Part shown: piece after piece, positions 46,049 through 58,823 of the stretch
How positions within the stretch are numbered: position 1 is the stretch's first letter
Layout of the letters: each line of letters starts with the position of its first letter
Assembly (NCBI GenBank): GCA_964270895.1
Contig: OZ185444.1
Length of the DNA stretch: 64,000 nt
DNA from: Podarcis filfolensis
Lineage: Eukaryota
Strand: one strand, 5' to 3'
Translations under genes and position numbers: made by a program
The notes under the pieces: model-generated
What the model was told of the DNA's origin: nothing
What the model saw: only the letters and a program-made list of their open reading frames with translations
The model's database searches: none

Positions 46049-49000
46049 CTGGAAGGGTCAGGCTGGGGAGGCAGTCTCCACCATTACTGCTCTGCCCAGT
46101 CCCTGACAGGCGGAGGTGAAAAGATTGCATTAGGTAGAAGTTTTAATTGGTGGTGGGGAGAAAAAGTAAGGCAAGGGACTGGACAGAAAAAGTGAGGTTA
46201 ACAGGTGGAGAGAGCTTTTCTCCACTGTGTTGCAAGAAAGGAAGTAGTGGACTGCATGGTGGTTTGCCGTTGTTTACTGGGAAGGAGAGGGATACGGGCA
46301 AGGAAGCAGGATGGTTGGCACAGCGCAGATGTAAAGATGGAGCCAATCTGGCACTCCTGCTGGTATGTTTGCGCTGAGTCAACCTTCCCACAACCTTCCC
46401 CTTTCCTTCCTGGTATGTGGAATGACTCAGCTGTTGGGAGGTCAGGTGAATGCTGCCACCCCACTCCACTATCCCCTACTGACAGAAGCCAGCAGTCTTG
46501 TCATGGTTCTCTGCACCTGCTTTCACCCAGTCGCCAAAGTGGTGTGGTGGCTGATCTCCTCTCTGTTGGACCAGAGCTGCAGCAACAATAATATGAAAGC
46601 ATCCTGATCAAATTTTGATTGGTCAGTGGACACCAATCAAGAGTAACATTAGAAGGAATATTTTGAAGTGTTTACAACAGATTGATTGTGGGCTTACATT
46701 TGGAAGGAACCACTTTATGCAAATTGCAGGAAATAACTCTGTCCTGATTGGTTAGGTGTTTCTGTTCTCAAGGAAAGAAGGTTACTTAGAGGATTGGTGG
46801 GCTTTGTCGTCCTGCCCGAATGCTAATTTTTATGGGAAATTGCTTGAAATAAGGTCACAGCAGTGCAGACACCATGATGGGCAGAGAGTGAGTGATTATA
46901 AGAGAAGGAGAGAGAGTGCAAGCTCTGGAGTTAAGGGGGAGACTGGTGGCTTTTGGTGGGTTGTTGCCCTTTTTGGCCACCTAATTAAAACAATACTTTG
47001 CACAGGTTGGAATATGGGATGGGCAGTAGCAGGTTTCAAGGGAACTGAAACCCAAAGCTTTGGAAGGCTTGGTTGAGGATGAGGGATGTATGTGTCTGAG
47101 TATCTGTGGGTGGGTAGTGGATCTAAGAATATAGATATCTGAAATATTTGTGGCTGAGTGTAGTATGTGTACAGGAAAGGTGAGACTGGTGGGTTTGTGG
47201 ATAGTGGGTGCCAGATGCGGTCAGATATGTAAGTTTTGGTCTTTGAATTGTGGCTTTTAGGGTAAGGAACTCTGGCTAATATTTGGCTGCCTGAAGTACA
47301 ATTCGCAGTGGAATTTTGTTCATTGTTTGCCAAGTTGCTTTCAACCAAAAGCATAATTGCATTGTAATGTGTTATTACTAACAGCTTCAAAACATCATTT
47401 GAGAAAAATCATAATAGAGGGAGTTTGTAACATTAAAGCATTTTGTGTTGAGCCATGTGTGTGGGTTTTTTGTATCATTAAATTCAAGATTAGGATATTA
47501 TGTATGACATATGGAGGAAATTATATCTGAAAGCATATATAAAATTATGTTTTGGTATCATACATGTTGGATAAAGCTGTTTGGAACAAACAGTTCCTGC
47601 TAAAGATTGTTTAGTGTTCATAGAATTCTTCTCACAGATTCCTTGTAATTATCCATTATATATACCAAATGCTGCCTTTAACCATCTTTTTTTAACAGAT
47701 GTCGACATTTTGTGTGTCCATTTGGCAGGACATTTTTTTTTAAAAAAATAACAACAGCCCTGTCCTATTGCTAGATACTTGAGTTACGGTGGAAAGAACT
47801 ACAAAGTGAAATAAATGCATCTGTGCAGTACTGGGTGACCAATTTATTTAAGCCTCAAATGTACCCAGGTTTTCATTTGTGTTCTCTTGCTGTTGTTTTC
47901 TGAACTCTGCTTTTTCAGTCAGGCATAGGATTCTCATTTGTCTTGCCCACATGAAAGCCCAGAGCATCTGTAACTTATAGTTTGTGAAATATCTGCTTTT
48001 AAGCAGCACATATTTATCACCATGTCTGCACAGACAACACTGTACATTGTATAAATTAGGAGAGCCTAGACACTGAACACTAGGGGGCTGGGTGAGATAT
48101 GCCATGGGAGTATAGTGGCTGCCCATGCTGATCAGATATCTTGGATCCATACCAAAACTTCCAGATGTTTAATACATATAAAGACCCTGCAGTAACCTTT
48201 CGTTACAGTCTAAAGTGGGAGAAAATACCTCCATGTGGCTAGTTAAGTATGAAGCTATTTGATGTTCAAATTGTAGTAAAGTACATAAAGAAACCAGCAT
48301 GTCTACCAATGAACCTCTTCTACATTTGTTAATGTTATTTAATATTGGTGATATCGTAGCTGTCTGAGGATGTCCACATACATGGGCTTTGATGTCTGGC
48401 TTTTAAATTTTTCACTGGTCCAGGATTGAGTACAAGCCCTAAATAGGATACAATTCAGGTCTTGTTCTAATACTTTTGGAGGATAAGAATAAAATATGGT
48501 TTTTATTGGTTACTTTTTATTTGAAAAAAGGAGCTATGGGATAAGTTCTTGGTGGGATTGGAATGTCACAAGATAGGGCTAGAAAGCCATCTGAAGATAG
48601 AATCAGTTTGCAGAAAATAGGCAATTTCTTCCATAATTTCACAGCTGTAGATACGATCAAAATATTTTTGTGCAGAGCTAATTTACTGTCACTAGCTGGA
48701 TTAATTTTTCAACACAATTTTATATTTTCCAAAGGTATATATCCTTTGGAAATTCTATACATGTCTACTCAAAAAGCTCCATTGAGTTCAATGAGACTTA
48801 GTCCCACTCGAGTTCATAGGATATTGCAACCTCATAGGCATTCCTTAAATGTGAGAGCTGCTTAGGAAATAGGGGACCCATATTTGGAGGGCAAATCTGA
48901 ATAGCTCAAAATCCAGCCCTGGAGATCTAGAATCAGAGAGTGCTGTGCAGTTTCTGCATTTCAAAGCTTAATGTCTATAGTTTGGCAATTGTATGCAAAT

Positions 49001-50435
49001 GACATTTGAATTTCTCTTAGAACGGGCACTGCTTGCATTTCCATAATTCTTGGAAAGCAGAAATATCTCATAATCACTTTAACAATTCTGTGTTTAGCTG
49101 TTCAGAGCAGAAAATATTTGTCAAAAGAAAAAGTGACCAGGGGAAGAACATTGTAGAAATCTGTGTACAGTTGAATGCTACTTCATAGTTCAGTCATAAT
49201 ATATGTCTAAAAACACAATATTGCTGCCTGACCACAAAAATATTTTAAGATACTTGTAAGGGAAGACATTTGGACCTATACCAGTATGCTGAAAATATTT
49301 GATAGCTCTTTTATGATAACAAAAGCTAGCTAGGAAACTTTGGTGTGGCTTTTCTCTGAAACTTGGCAAAAGTTGCTATTTTATATTTTATTGATTTTGT
49401 ATTTTGATGATGACTGTTTTAAGTTACTTGTTTTTCATAGCCATCCCTTGGTCTTGTGAAGAAGGATGATATATAAGTCTCATAAAATAATTTAGTATTA
49501 ATTTAAAAAATGGAAGTGAACATTTCCAAACTCTTCCTTTTGGGGCAGCACTGGAAAGGAAGTGCTGGAATACACAAGCCCAATATTTGACCATGGTTAC
49601 TTTTGCAGTAAACCATGGTTCAGCCATGATAGCTGAACTAGCTTAGTAATCTCTTTCAAGTTTTTGAGGGGAAGATGTTATAATTAAGGACTTGAATTTC
49701 TTCACATAGGTCTTCCATCTACAGTGAAATATATATAGAATTAAAATAAACATGGGACTGGTGTCAGACATGGTTCAGGGAGGAGAGTTAAAATTAAACT
49801 CATCCATAAGTTCACTGGAATGAATAAACCTTAAATTTCAGAAACCCAGCTGTAAAATAAGAGTAGTAATTTACCTCACAGTTATTGTGAGGATTAATGA
49901 GATTAACACTAATAATTCCTTATGTATTTTATAAATTTCCTTCCTCCAGCTTTCCTCTGGTGAAAATAAAAATGTGCCACCATAGATATTATGAATTTAT
50001 CTGTCTTGGATATCCTCAGGAGAGAAAACAGGAAATTACTTTTTTGGTGGTGCAGTAAGTAAAATTCTGATTCTAGTTGCACGGATCCCACTGCTTTAGA
50101 ATTGGGCCCGTTGTTTGAATGGAAAGTATTTCTTAAAACAGAAAAAAACACACACTTAATGACACACTTGAAAGCAGTCTGTGTTATTGTCTGTTGAACA
50201 AAGCTTGTGCTTTATGAACTGGCTGATCATAAAGGCAGCATAAATCATGTAAAACATTCTCATTTGCTCTTTGTGCTTTTTGCAGATGGGGCTCATAGAG
50301 CAGAAATGCAGTCAGATGTCTGCTCCAGGATATTTTAGCTGAACTGTATGAGTCCATTAAACAAATGTAATGGCTTTTTGGAAAGACTTGCTATGCATTT
50401 GAAACCAAATGTTTTACACAGAAAACATCTGGGAA

Positions 50436-50438
<3 letters not shown>

Positions 50439-50471
<33 letters not shown>
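50439..50471. repeat. (TG)n microsatellite
   Basis: About 16 units. Confidence 0.95.
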
Positions 50472-50481
<10 letters not shown>

Positions 50482-51597
50482 ACAGCACATTGGAAAATAG
50501 CTTTATTGAACCCAGCTGGGTGGTTGTTCGGGATGTGGTTGTAGGATATGACAGTCTAGTTGTTATAAGGAATAATTTATTTGAAGTATTGCCATCAAAT
50601 GAATATTTGGCACAGAAGTGAGCATCTTTGTTTCATTGAGCACACAAATTCTTCTCATTACCATTCCAACAAAACCTGCCATGACATTTTATATCCTGTT
50701 ATATAAGCTAATTCAGATAATGGCATGCTTTTAAACGGGTGTGTACATTAGAGAAGACACTGTAGAAATAAATCAGTTATTAATCCCTCCTACCCAAAAC
50801 CCCAAGGTGATAAGATTATATTGGAAATGGTCTATATATATATTTTTTTGCCTTAATCCCATGTGCTTGTTAGAGGAATGTAAAAGTTAATGCATGAAAA
50901 TATATGTTTTTACCAGGTTCTGTTAGTTCCTTAGTATAGTGTGTTATAATTCCATTACACATAGCGGATTTGGTTTCATTTTAGCTGAGCCAGGGGCTTG
51001 CTATTTCTAGGAAACAGCTGATAATACATGTGGAAAAAAAATGTCCAAACTATTCTCTTGTTAGGATGTTGATTTTAGCATTAAATTGCTTTTGCAGTTT
51101 AGGCTGAATCTCCAATTAGAGGAAAATTTGTTTAAAGTTCCGAACAACAGTGCGGCCACATCTTCAGGATAATTTAAATAAAAAACAAAGGAGTGAAAGA
51201 GGCTAGCTTAGGCAGACTCCGGTTCATTCCCATGCAGTGAACAGTTCACATTGCACAACCCTGCTTTTAAATAGTTCTACACAGTATGACATGATTTGTG
51301 GTATTTGCTGAAATGAAATTCTGGCTGGAGTAGCCGGAGCAGGGAATTGTTCTGCACTCAGGGGAAGGTGTTATATCCAAGTCTGTGTTAAGGTCATTGG
51401 CAGGGTGAAGTGGGAAGCCTGAGTTGCTGCTGTTGTTCTGCCTAACTTTTTTTGTGGGGGGCGGGGGGGGGATTGGCAAAGAGATTTTAAGACTCAGAAT
51501 ATTGAGTCTCCTCCAGTTGTGCTTGGCCTTGGTATATATTGCAAAAGGTAGGTGTGGGTTGTCCCTGTATCCTTCCTGTCATACATTCCTTCTGGTA

Positions 51598-51823
51598 CAG
51601 TGGTACCTCAGGTTAAGTACTTAATTCGTTCCAGAGGTCCGTACTTAAGCTGAAAGCACCACTTTAGCTAATGGGGCCTCCTGCTGCCACCGCGCTGCTG
51701 GAACACGATTTCTGTTCTTATCCTGAAGCAAAGTTCTTAACCTGAAGCACTATTTCTGGGTTAGTGGAGTCTGTAACCTGAAGTGTATGTAACCTGAAGC
51801 GTATGTAACCCGAGGTACCACTG
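51598..51823 (-). mobile_element. Tigger/pogo-like MITE
   Basis: TA-CAGTGGTACCTCAGGTTA...CCCGAGGTACCACTG-TA. Confidence 0.88.
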
Positions 51824-52023
51824 TATTTTCAAGGTGGCCCTCGTAATGTTCTTTTGATTTCTTCTTTAACAAAACGATAGATGATCCAGACATATGAATG
51901 TTTCTTAGAAAGTAATCTTTTAAAACTAAAAACAGTAGAAATCCACAGTGTGCAGATACAGCTTCCCTGATGTGGCCTGGTCTACACAGTAGAACAAGAT
52001 GGTACAATACTGACATGGTAGGT

Positions 52024-52174
52024 CTGGGGTGGGGAACCTGTGGCCCCCTAGATGTTGCTGGCTATAGCTCCCTTGACTACACCTCATCGTCCTTGACCGT
52101 TGGTCATTGGCTGGGGCTAATGAGAGTTGGGATCCATAACAACTTCTGGAGAACCACAGGGTTCCCTACCCCTG
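52024..52174. mobile_element. ~150-bp hairpin hAT-type MITE
   Basis: ctggggtggggaacctgtggcc...ccacagggttccctacccctg. Confidence 0.65.
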
Positions 52175-55100
52175 TGGTACAGCTTACCACTTCAGACTGC
52201 AGGTCAGAAGAAGGGGGAAGATACCATTTTATTCATTCATTTTTCTATGTGAAACATTTTAATCCATCATTTCCAGACAGTTAATGAGAATTAAAACATG
52301 CAAAACAAGAGTAAATAATAGACACAAAAGAGCAGCAGATAAAAGCCAAATGATAGTCAGAAATTTAAAAAGTGTTACTGCTTTTAAAAGTTTGGGTAAG
52401 TTAGAAAGGTTCTTTCCTAGCATGTAAAAGACAGAAAGGTTGGTGTTAAGCATTCTTCCCTTGAAAGGACATTCCATAATGCTATTACTAAAAAAGTCAC
52501 ATTTCCACCTCATTTTTTCTGAATATATAGGCCAGTCTGAGTTATCAATATATCCTACAAAGTTACTTCTTTACTTATTCTTTCTTTTTTCATTACGTTC
52601 ATTGTTATATGGTGGGTGAAAAGTCAGAGTATATAATTGCCCAGGAAATTATGTTTTGACTTTTGAAGGAAGGTGTGCTGCAACTGTGCAAAACAAAACT
52701 GTTCCAGAGACTTTTGAATTATTTCACTTTTCTTTTCTCTGATTTGCCAAGATTTTAATTTTTGTGTTAATTTTTGTGAAATTTAGAAAGCATTTCTTTT
52801 TTAAAAAAGAATAAAAATGTCTGATGTATTAGGAAGCTGATCATTAACAATCATTGTGTAACTAGAAATGTATTTAAATAATGAAAAGAGGCATAAAGAA
52901 CAGGGTGGGCATGATCAATCTCCCAGCCCTACCCAGGTTATAAAACATGTCAGCCATTGCTTTTACTTTCTTAAGAACTTATTTGGATGGAAAGAACCTA
53001 CACTTTGTGGAATCCTAGTTTGATGTTGCATTTAGCCCCAGCGAGTGTAGAAGCCAAACATAAACATCTGTTTGGCAATTTTGCAGGAAGTTAAATATAA
53101 CTAAAGCTTTTGTCCTTTCAGCAGATCTTGCACTCAGTATTGGTCAACATTTGCTGAAGTCAGAATTACATCTTCATAGTTAAAGTTGTGAAACAGTTTT
53201 CAATTCCATTCCAGTTTTGAACTCCACCTCCTTTTGAAAGGAATTGTATTCATTCAAATGTGAATTTGCTTTGAAAGATGTAATTTGTCGGAAAGGTTTT
53301 TAATCTATTCATAGTTCCTCTGAACCTCTACTTTGTCTGCTTCAGATGACTTCTTCCCTTCTTCCCAGGATCACACATGGTAGTTCAATTTTTGGATGTT
53401 CTGACAGAGATGTCTTGTAACAGCAGAAGAGAAGACTCTGCATAAACTATTAGATATTTTCAAATTATTACAATGTCTTCTAACCCTTTCCTGTTGGCTA
53501 CAGGCTTAGGAAATATACCAGCAGTTTCCAGTATACTTATATTGAATTTGTGCTCCTACCAGCTTGGCACTAAGCAAAGTACATAGAATTTCAGCAGCCC
53601 TGCATGCCGCCCCCCCCTTATCACCAATAGCTACTAGAAGAGAGAAGGAGCTCTGGATTCTATCAGTGTGACCTTCTACCATTTATATAAATAATAAGGT
53701 TGGCAGGGACCAATAAAATCATGTCCAACCCCTTAAAACAGGATTACCCTTCCTGCATATCAGTCCACACTCCAACAGACAGTTGCATTATAGTGTCAAG
53801 CTTGTATAACAGTTTACTCAAGCAAGGAAATAAAACCGTCACATGGTGCAGATTAAAAGCAAACTATGGCCAATAGCTAATGAAACCTGGGGAAGGTGAC
53901 AGCCTGATGCAAAGCATGAACAAAACCCATCAACTAAGTATGGTGTGTGTATACATTCTAGGAAGCCTGCATTTGTTCAGTGTGGATGGAGACGGAGATG
54001 CAACTGGAAGGTCTAAATGCCTCATGTTGATAAAATTGGCCTGGATCACACATAATGCTAAGCCACCATTAAGCGGCCTATAGCTTACTAGGATCAAGCA
54101 AATGTGCTAGTGCATGCTGCTCAAATCACACCTCTACCTCCTCCCTTTTGCCACATCAGGAGGGGCAGCGTACAGCAGATGTAAAACTTAATATAGAAAA
54201 ATAAGCCAATAAATAAAACAAAATGAAACAAGGCTGTGCACAATACACTTGAAAATACTATAAAAACTCCAGCACCGTATACAATAAAAGATTCAATTAA
54301 AAGCTAGAGAAAAGAGGAGAGCATTCAAACATTTCTTCAAAACCTGAACTAATGCAGCCAACCACATAACGGGATATTGGTTTTTTTTTGGGGGGGGGGT
54401 GCTGGTGGTGGGGAATTTCATAAAGCAGGAGCCCATCCCTGAGAGGTCCCAAACTCTATTGCCTATCAGCTTTAACTGTTAAAAGATATTGAGTGTGCAT
54501 GCTTACTTTGCAAACTTAAAATACGTTGGTAGACCATGGGGCCTTACATAAAAAAATCAGCAACACAGATCATGCAAGACTGAAGTACACCTGTTTATGT
54601 TCCAAACATTATTTTTGCAGAGCTGGATATTACAAGGGAAACGTGGGGTTCCTAAACCTGTGCTAACCCTCCCAGTGCTAAGGTGGAGGCTGGGAGAATT
54701 GACTGGTGTGAGAGGCTGCTTATTCTTTACCCTTAACTGTCCCCTGAAATTTTTCCTTTCTTTGTTGATGAGTTAAGCACCTCTCCCACCCATCTACTGA
54801 CCTCCTGCCAGAACGGAAGTGTTAGTAGAATTCATTCCCACAAGATGTAATGATGGCCACTGTCCAGATTCCCACCCCAAAACGCACAAGCAGATTCTCT
54901 TATTTGTAAGTAAAAAAGAGAACCTTATTGAGGCAGGCGACAGTACAGACTCAGCAGCAGACAAAGTGTTCAGGAATCAGTGTTCAGGAGCAGGGCATGT
55001 TCGGAACAGGGCAGAAACAACAAAGATGTTCCAACATGTTACCCTGTCCCTCTCACCAAGACTTTAAAGATGACGTGTGTACTCGTTTGCCTTCTGGGAA

Positions 55101-56547
55101 TGTTGAGATTGCAAACATGCACACTCCATCAGGGCAGATGGGCCTGCTTCCATCTGCAGAGGGGTCACCTGGTTCTAGGTGACAAGCCTGCACCCCCCTC
55201 TTCTGACAACTCTTCAGTTACTACCACTTTCTTTCCCTCAAATAAACCTGAGATTATTTCTTTGAAATAATGCTAATTTGAGAGCTGTACTGACTTGTGC
55301 CTCTGATTTATCTAAAGCACAGATGTAATACAGGAAGAAATGGCAGTGTTTCTCATACAGCACAATAAATATGACTCCAGACTGAGCTCACCTGGAGGAG
55401 CACCACTAATAATGTCAACTCAAAACTAATGAATCATACCTTCTCTTTCAAGCCATAAGGCTGGCAATACACAGAAAACACTTTGGCCATTCCCATCTTT
55501 AAAGAACTGGATACTTTACTTAAATAAGCAATAAAGACAGTTGTTTCTTAGGAGTTGTTTAGGCAGAGCTTGGCTTTCTGGGATTACTTGCAATTAATAT
55601 TTTTTGTTAGTTAAACCTTTCCCTAGAGGGTGTGTTCTGAAAAGAAAAAAAAGCCCTGTCTGCAAAATATGGCAAGTACCAGACAATGAGGGGATGTAAT
55701 TCTGGCAGCAGGGCAATGCTTAGGAAGTACGTACTCAAATCCTGTTACCACCTAAGGGTGAGGGCAGAGGGTAGGAAGGGAGTTACAAATGTACCTCCCA
55801 TCCTTTGGGAGTGCAGCATAAATCCTCTGTTCCGAGTGCCTGGTTCAGTTACACAGAATAGCTTTTGAATCTGTGTATAACAGGGAGGAAAATCTCCCTC
55901 TTATTCACTCACTAATTCCTCTTCTGTTGCTGAGTCACCACTGTTGATAGGATAATGTTACTTACAGCCAGAGAAACTGGCAGTGCAAAAGTGAAATGCA
56001 TACACTTAGAAGCATCTTAGTTCTCGGCACAAGCTCAGAGTGCATCAGTTAATGCAAATAAAACTTTGATTTGACATTTATCATCTGCATTCAGGCCTTT
56101 TGGTGTCTGAGAAGGCAGCTTGCTTGCTTTCCTTTGCAAGCAGTGTCACAGTAGCAGTAAATTAGCGTTCGTTTTAGGAAATGATATTTTTAAAAAGGTG
56201 TATTGGGAAACTAAACTGTTGAGCAGATTCTTGTAGTTGTGTCTATGTATTGTCTGCAGTGATTTGAAAAGAAAAGAAAGATAATATACGGTATCTAGTC
56301 ACCTGGTATACAAGTAAACTCTAAGGCTGAATCACTTTCCTCAGGCTCCTGTACGTATATTATTTTTTCATTGCTTGTTGATGCCATGGGCTACAAACAG
56401 TCTTTGGAAACATCAGTTTCATTTATATTTATTAGGTGAGATACAGACTAAGTTAGTTGTATTTAATTCCCCTTGAAATTATGGGGTTTAAGATAACCTA
56501 GACTAGCTTTTTGCACTGATTTCAGTTGTACGTGTATAACTAGCTTA

Positions 56548-56915
56548 AAGGTAAAGGTAAAGGACCCCTGGCAGTTAAGTCCAGTCACAAAGGACTCTGG
56601 GGTTGCGGCGCTCATCTCGCTTTACTGGCTGAGGGAGCCAGTGTTTGTCCGCAGACAGTTTTTCCAGGTCATGTGGCCAGCATGACTAAGCCGCTTCTGG
56701 AGAAACCAGAGCAGCGCACAGAAACGCCATTTATCTTCCCACTGGAGCAGTACCTATTTATCTACTTGCACTTTGACATGCTTTCGAACTACTAGGTTGG
56801 CAGGAGCTGGGACCAAACAATGGGAGCTCACCCTGTTGCGGGGATTCAAACCGCCGACCTTCTGACCGGCAAGACCTAGGCTCAGTGGTTTACACCACAG
56901 CACCACCCGTGTCCC
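56548..56915 (-). mobile_element. Sauria SINE, full length
   Basis: Reverse-complement copy from aaggtaaaggtaaagg to cacccgtgtccc. 11-bp TSD TAACTAGCTTA at 56537-56547 and 56919-56929. Confidence 0.92.
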
Positions 56916-57568
56916 ATGTAACTAGCTTAGGAAGCTGCAAACATACCCCTGCTTACCTGAGAGTAAGAACCACTGTATTCAATAGAGCTTCCTTCTGAGT
57001 AGACATGGTTAGCATTGCACTGTAAGTCTAGCGCCAACACTCAAAAATGTATCTGCAGCAAAAATGTATCTTCAACAACAAAAAAGACACTTTTAAAACT
57101 TTGAAAACATAATAATTGTACAATTTCCTCTGCAGTTTCATCTGTGCTTTCCCTTCAGTGTTGTAGGCCTCATCAGACAAAATATATCAAATGTAACGAA
57201 AAGAACAAATATGCAGTATGTAACTTGAAAAAGAAAGGAACAGCAAGTCTTTAAAAGACAGGATCCCATGGTTTAAATCAGCAGGATCTTTTTGGTTACA
57301 AATTGCCCCACTGATAGCTTGGTGTGAAACACTGTATAGTAACTTTCTTGATTATTACTCTAAACAATGGGATTGGGCCACTTATAAATAACTAATTTGA
57401 CTTTAGCTGCATGATTCTTGCTGAGGTTGCATTGCCATGGAGATGATCTGGCTTAGATGGTCCGAACAGTAAATATTTTTAAATGATCGAACTATCCTGG
57501 CCTTAACTCTTGAAATCTTTATTCTCCCTAGTAAAAGAGAGCTCCTTAAACCTTCTTGGCCTTAAAGT

Positions 57569-57775
57569 AGGGTTGCCATATTTTAAAAAGTGAACTTTGG
57601 ACAAACTCTAAAAAGAAAAAAGAAGTTTTTGAGTTGTTGTTGTTTTTTTTTTAGGACATTGACATACATGGTTTCCCCAGACATTTTTACCAATTTTCAG
57701 AAATTCCGCCTGGACACTATTTTCGATGAACAAATCGCGGATATGTCCAGGAAATTCCGGATGTATGGCAGCCCT
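57569..57775. mobile_element. Unclassified non-autonomous DNA transposon
   Basis: 12-bp TIRs AGGGTTGCCATA / TATGGCAGCCCT (one mismatch), with repeated ggaca/tgtcc motifs inside. Confidence 0.6.
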
Positions 57776-58582
57776 GTATGACTTTTGGTTCAACGCAGCT
57801 TGGCATTCAGTGCTAGGATGGCTGTACTTCTGCAGTGTAAATTAATGAGAGAATCGAAGATTATAAATAAACATAAATATATAAGTAGTAATATCTATAT
57901 ATGGTGAAGGAGCTGCTATGAGACTAATCGGGTTTTTTTTAAAGCTCTTTGTATGATGCATTTTTAACATGTTTCACACTGACAGTTGCATACTTTCCTC
58001 CGTCAAGGGATTATGTTCTTCCTCTTACATTTCCTCATCCCACTCCCTTCTAGGCTAATTTACTGCAGCACAAACAGGTTGAAATTCCCTTTAGATCCCA
58101 CCGCTATTTTTTCAACAACAAGACAAATCGGCTTAAAACCCACAACTTCCATAGGGGAAGTTGTGTAGGGTGTTAGGGAAATGCAGGGAAGTTTAAAACA
58201 TTTTCTTTTTCACTGTAGTGTCTTCAAGGTTAAATTCTGTTTACTCCTGGCCCGTAAGATGGAAAGTCTAAAAGGAGAGGAATGTTTCTTACTGCAATAG
58301 CACTAAATGCGCATAAACTTTTGGAACTGCCTTGAGCAAGCCATGAAATATTCATAACTCTGCAAACCATTTGTAGCCATAAACAAAAATGTGGCCGTGT
58401 GAAATGTATTCATATTTTCCAACATTTCTTTTATAAACTAAAACAAACAAACAAAACAAAAACAGTATAACTATCTCAGTTAATTTATTGAAATCATTCA
58501 GTCCAAAAATTCAAAATGATAGAGACATTGCATCAGTATGCCTTCACTTGTCAGAATTGTGGAGTGAATTGGGGATTTAGAT

Positions 58583-58823
58583 ACAGATAGGTAGCCATGT
58601 TGGTCTGCCATAGTCAAAACAAAAAATAAAATAAATTTTTTTTCCTTCCAGTAGCACCTTAAAGACCAACTAAGTTAGTTCTTGGTATGAGCTTTCGTGT
58701 GCATGCACACTTCTTCAGATACCTGAAGAAGTGTGCATGCACACGAAAGCTCATACCAAGAACTAACTTAGTTGGTCTTTAAGGTGCTACTGGAAGGAAA
58801 TTTTTTTTATTTTTTTGTTTGTT
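58583..58823. mobile_element. Penelope-like element (PLE) terminal-repeat insertion, two partial pLTRs in inverted orientation
   Basis: 14-bp TSD TTGGGGATTTAGAT at 58569-58582 and 58824-58837. Perfect 78-bp inverted repeat (58641-58718 / 58723-58800) with a 4-nt spacer. Motifs gtagcaccttaaagac and ggtagccatgttggtctgccatagtcaa resemble squamate Penelope/Neptune repeats as I recall them. Confidence 0.8.
58684..58723 (-). ncRNA. Minimal type I hammerhead ribozyme motif within the PLE repeat
   Basis: Minus strand reads GGUAU-CUGAAGA-A-GUGUGCAUGCACAC-GAAA-GC-UC/AUACC. This gives stem I GGUAU/AUACC, the CUGANGA core, a palindromic stem II, GAAA, a minimal palindromic (AGCU) stem III and a UH cleavage site. 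Confidence 0.7.

Noticed and set aside
58141-58165. 10-bp stem hairpin cacaacttcc/ggaagttgtg
   Set aside because: Short enough to arise by chance in 64 kb, with no supporting context.
58641-58800. Possible CRISPR array, terminator or pre-miRNA
   Set aside because: Eukaryotic context, a single inverted repeat with no spacers, and TSD plus PLE motifs explain it.
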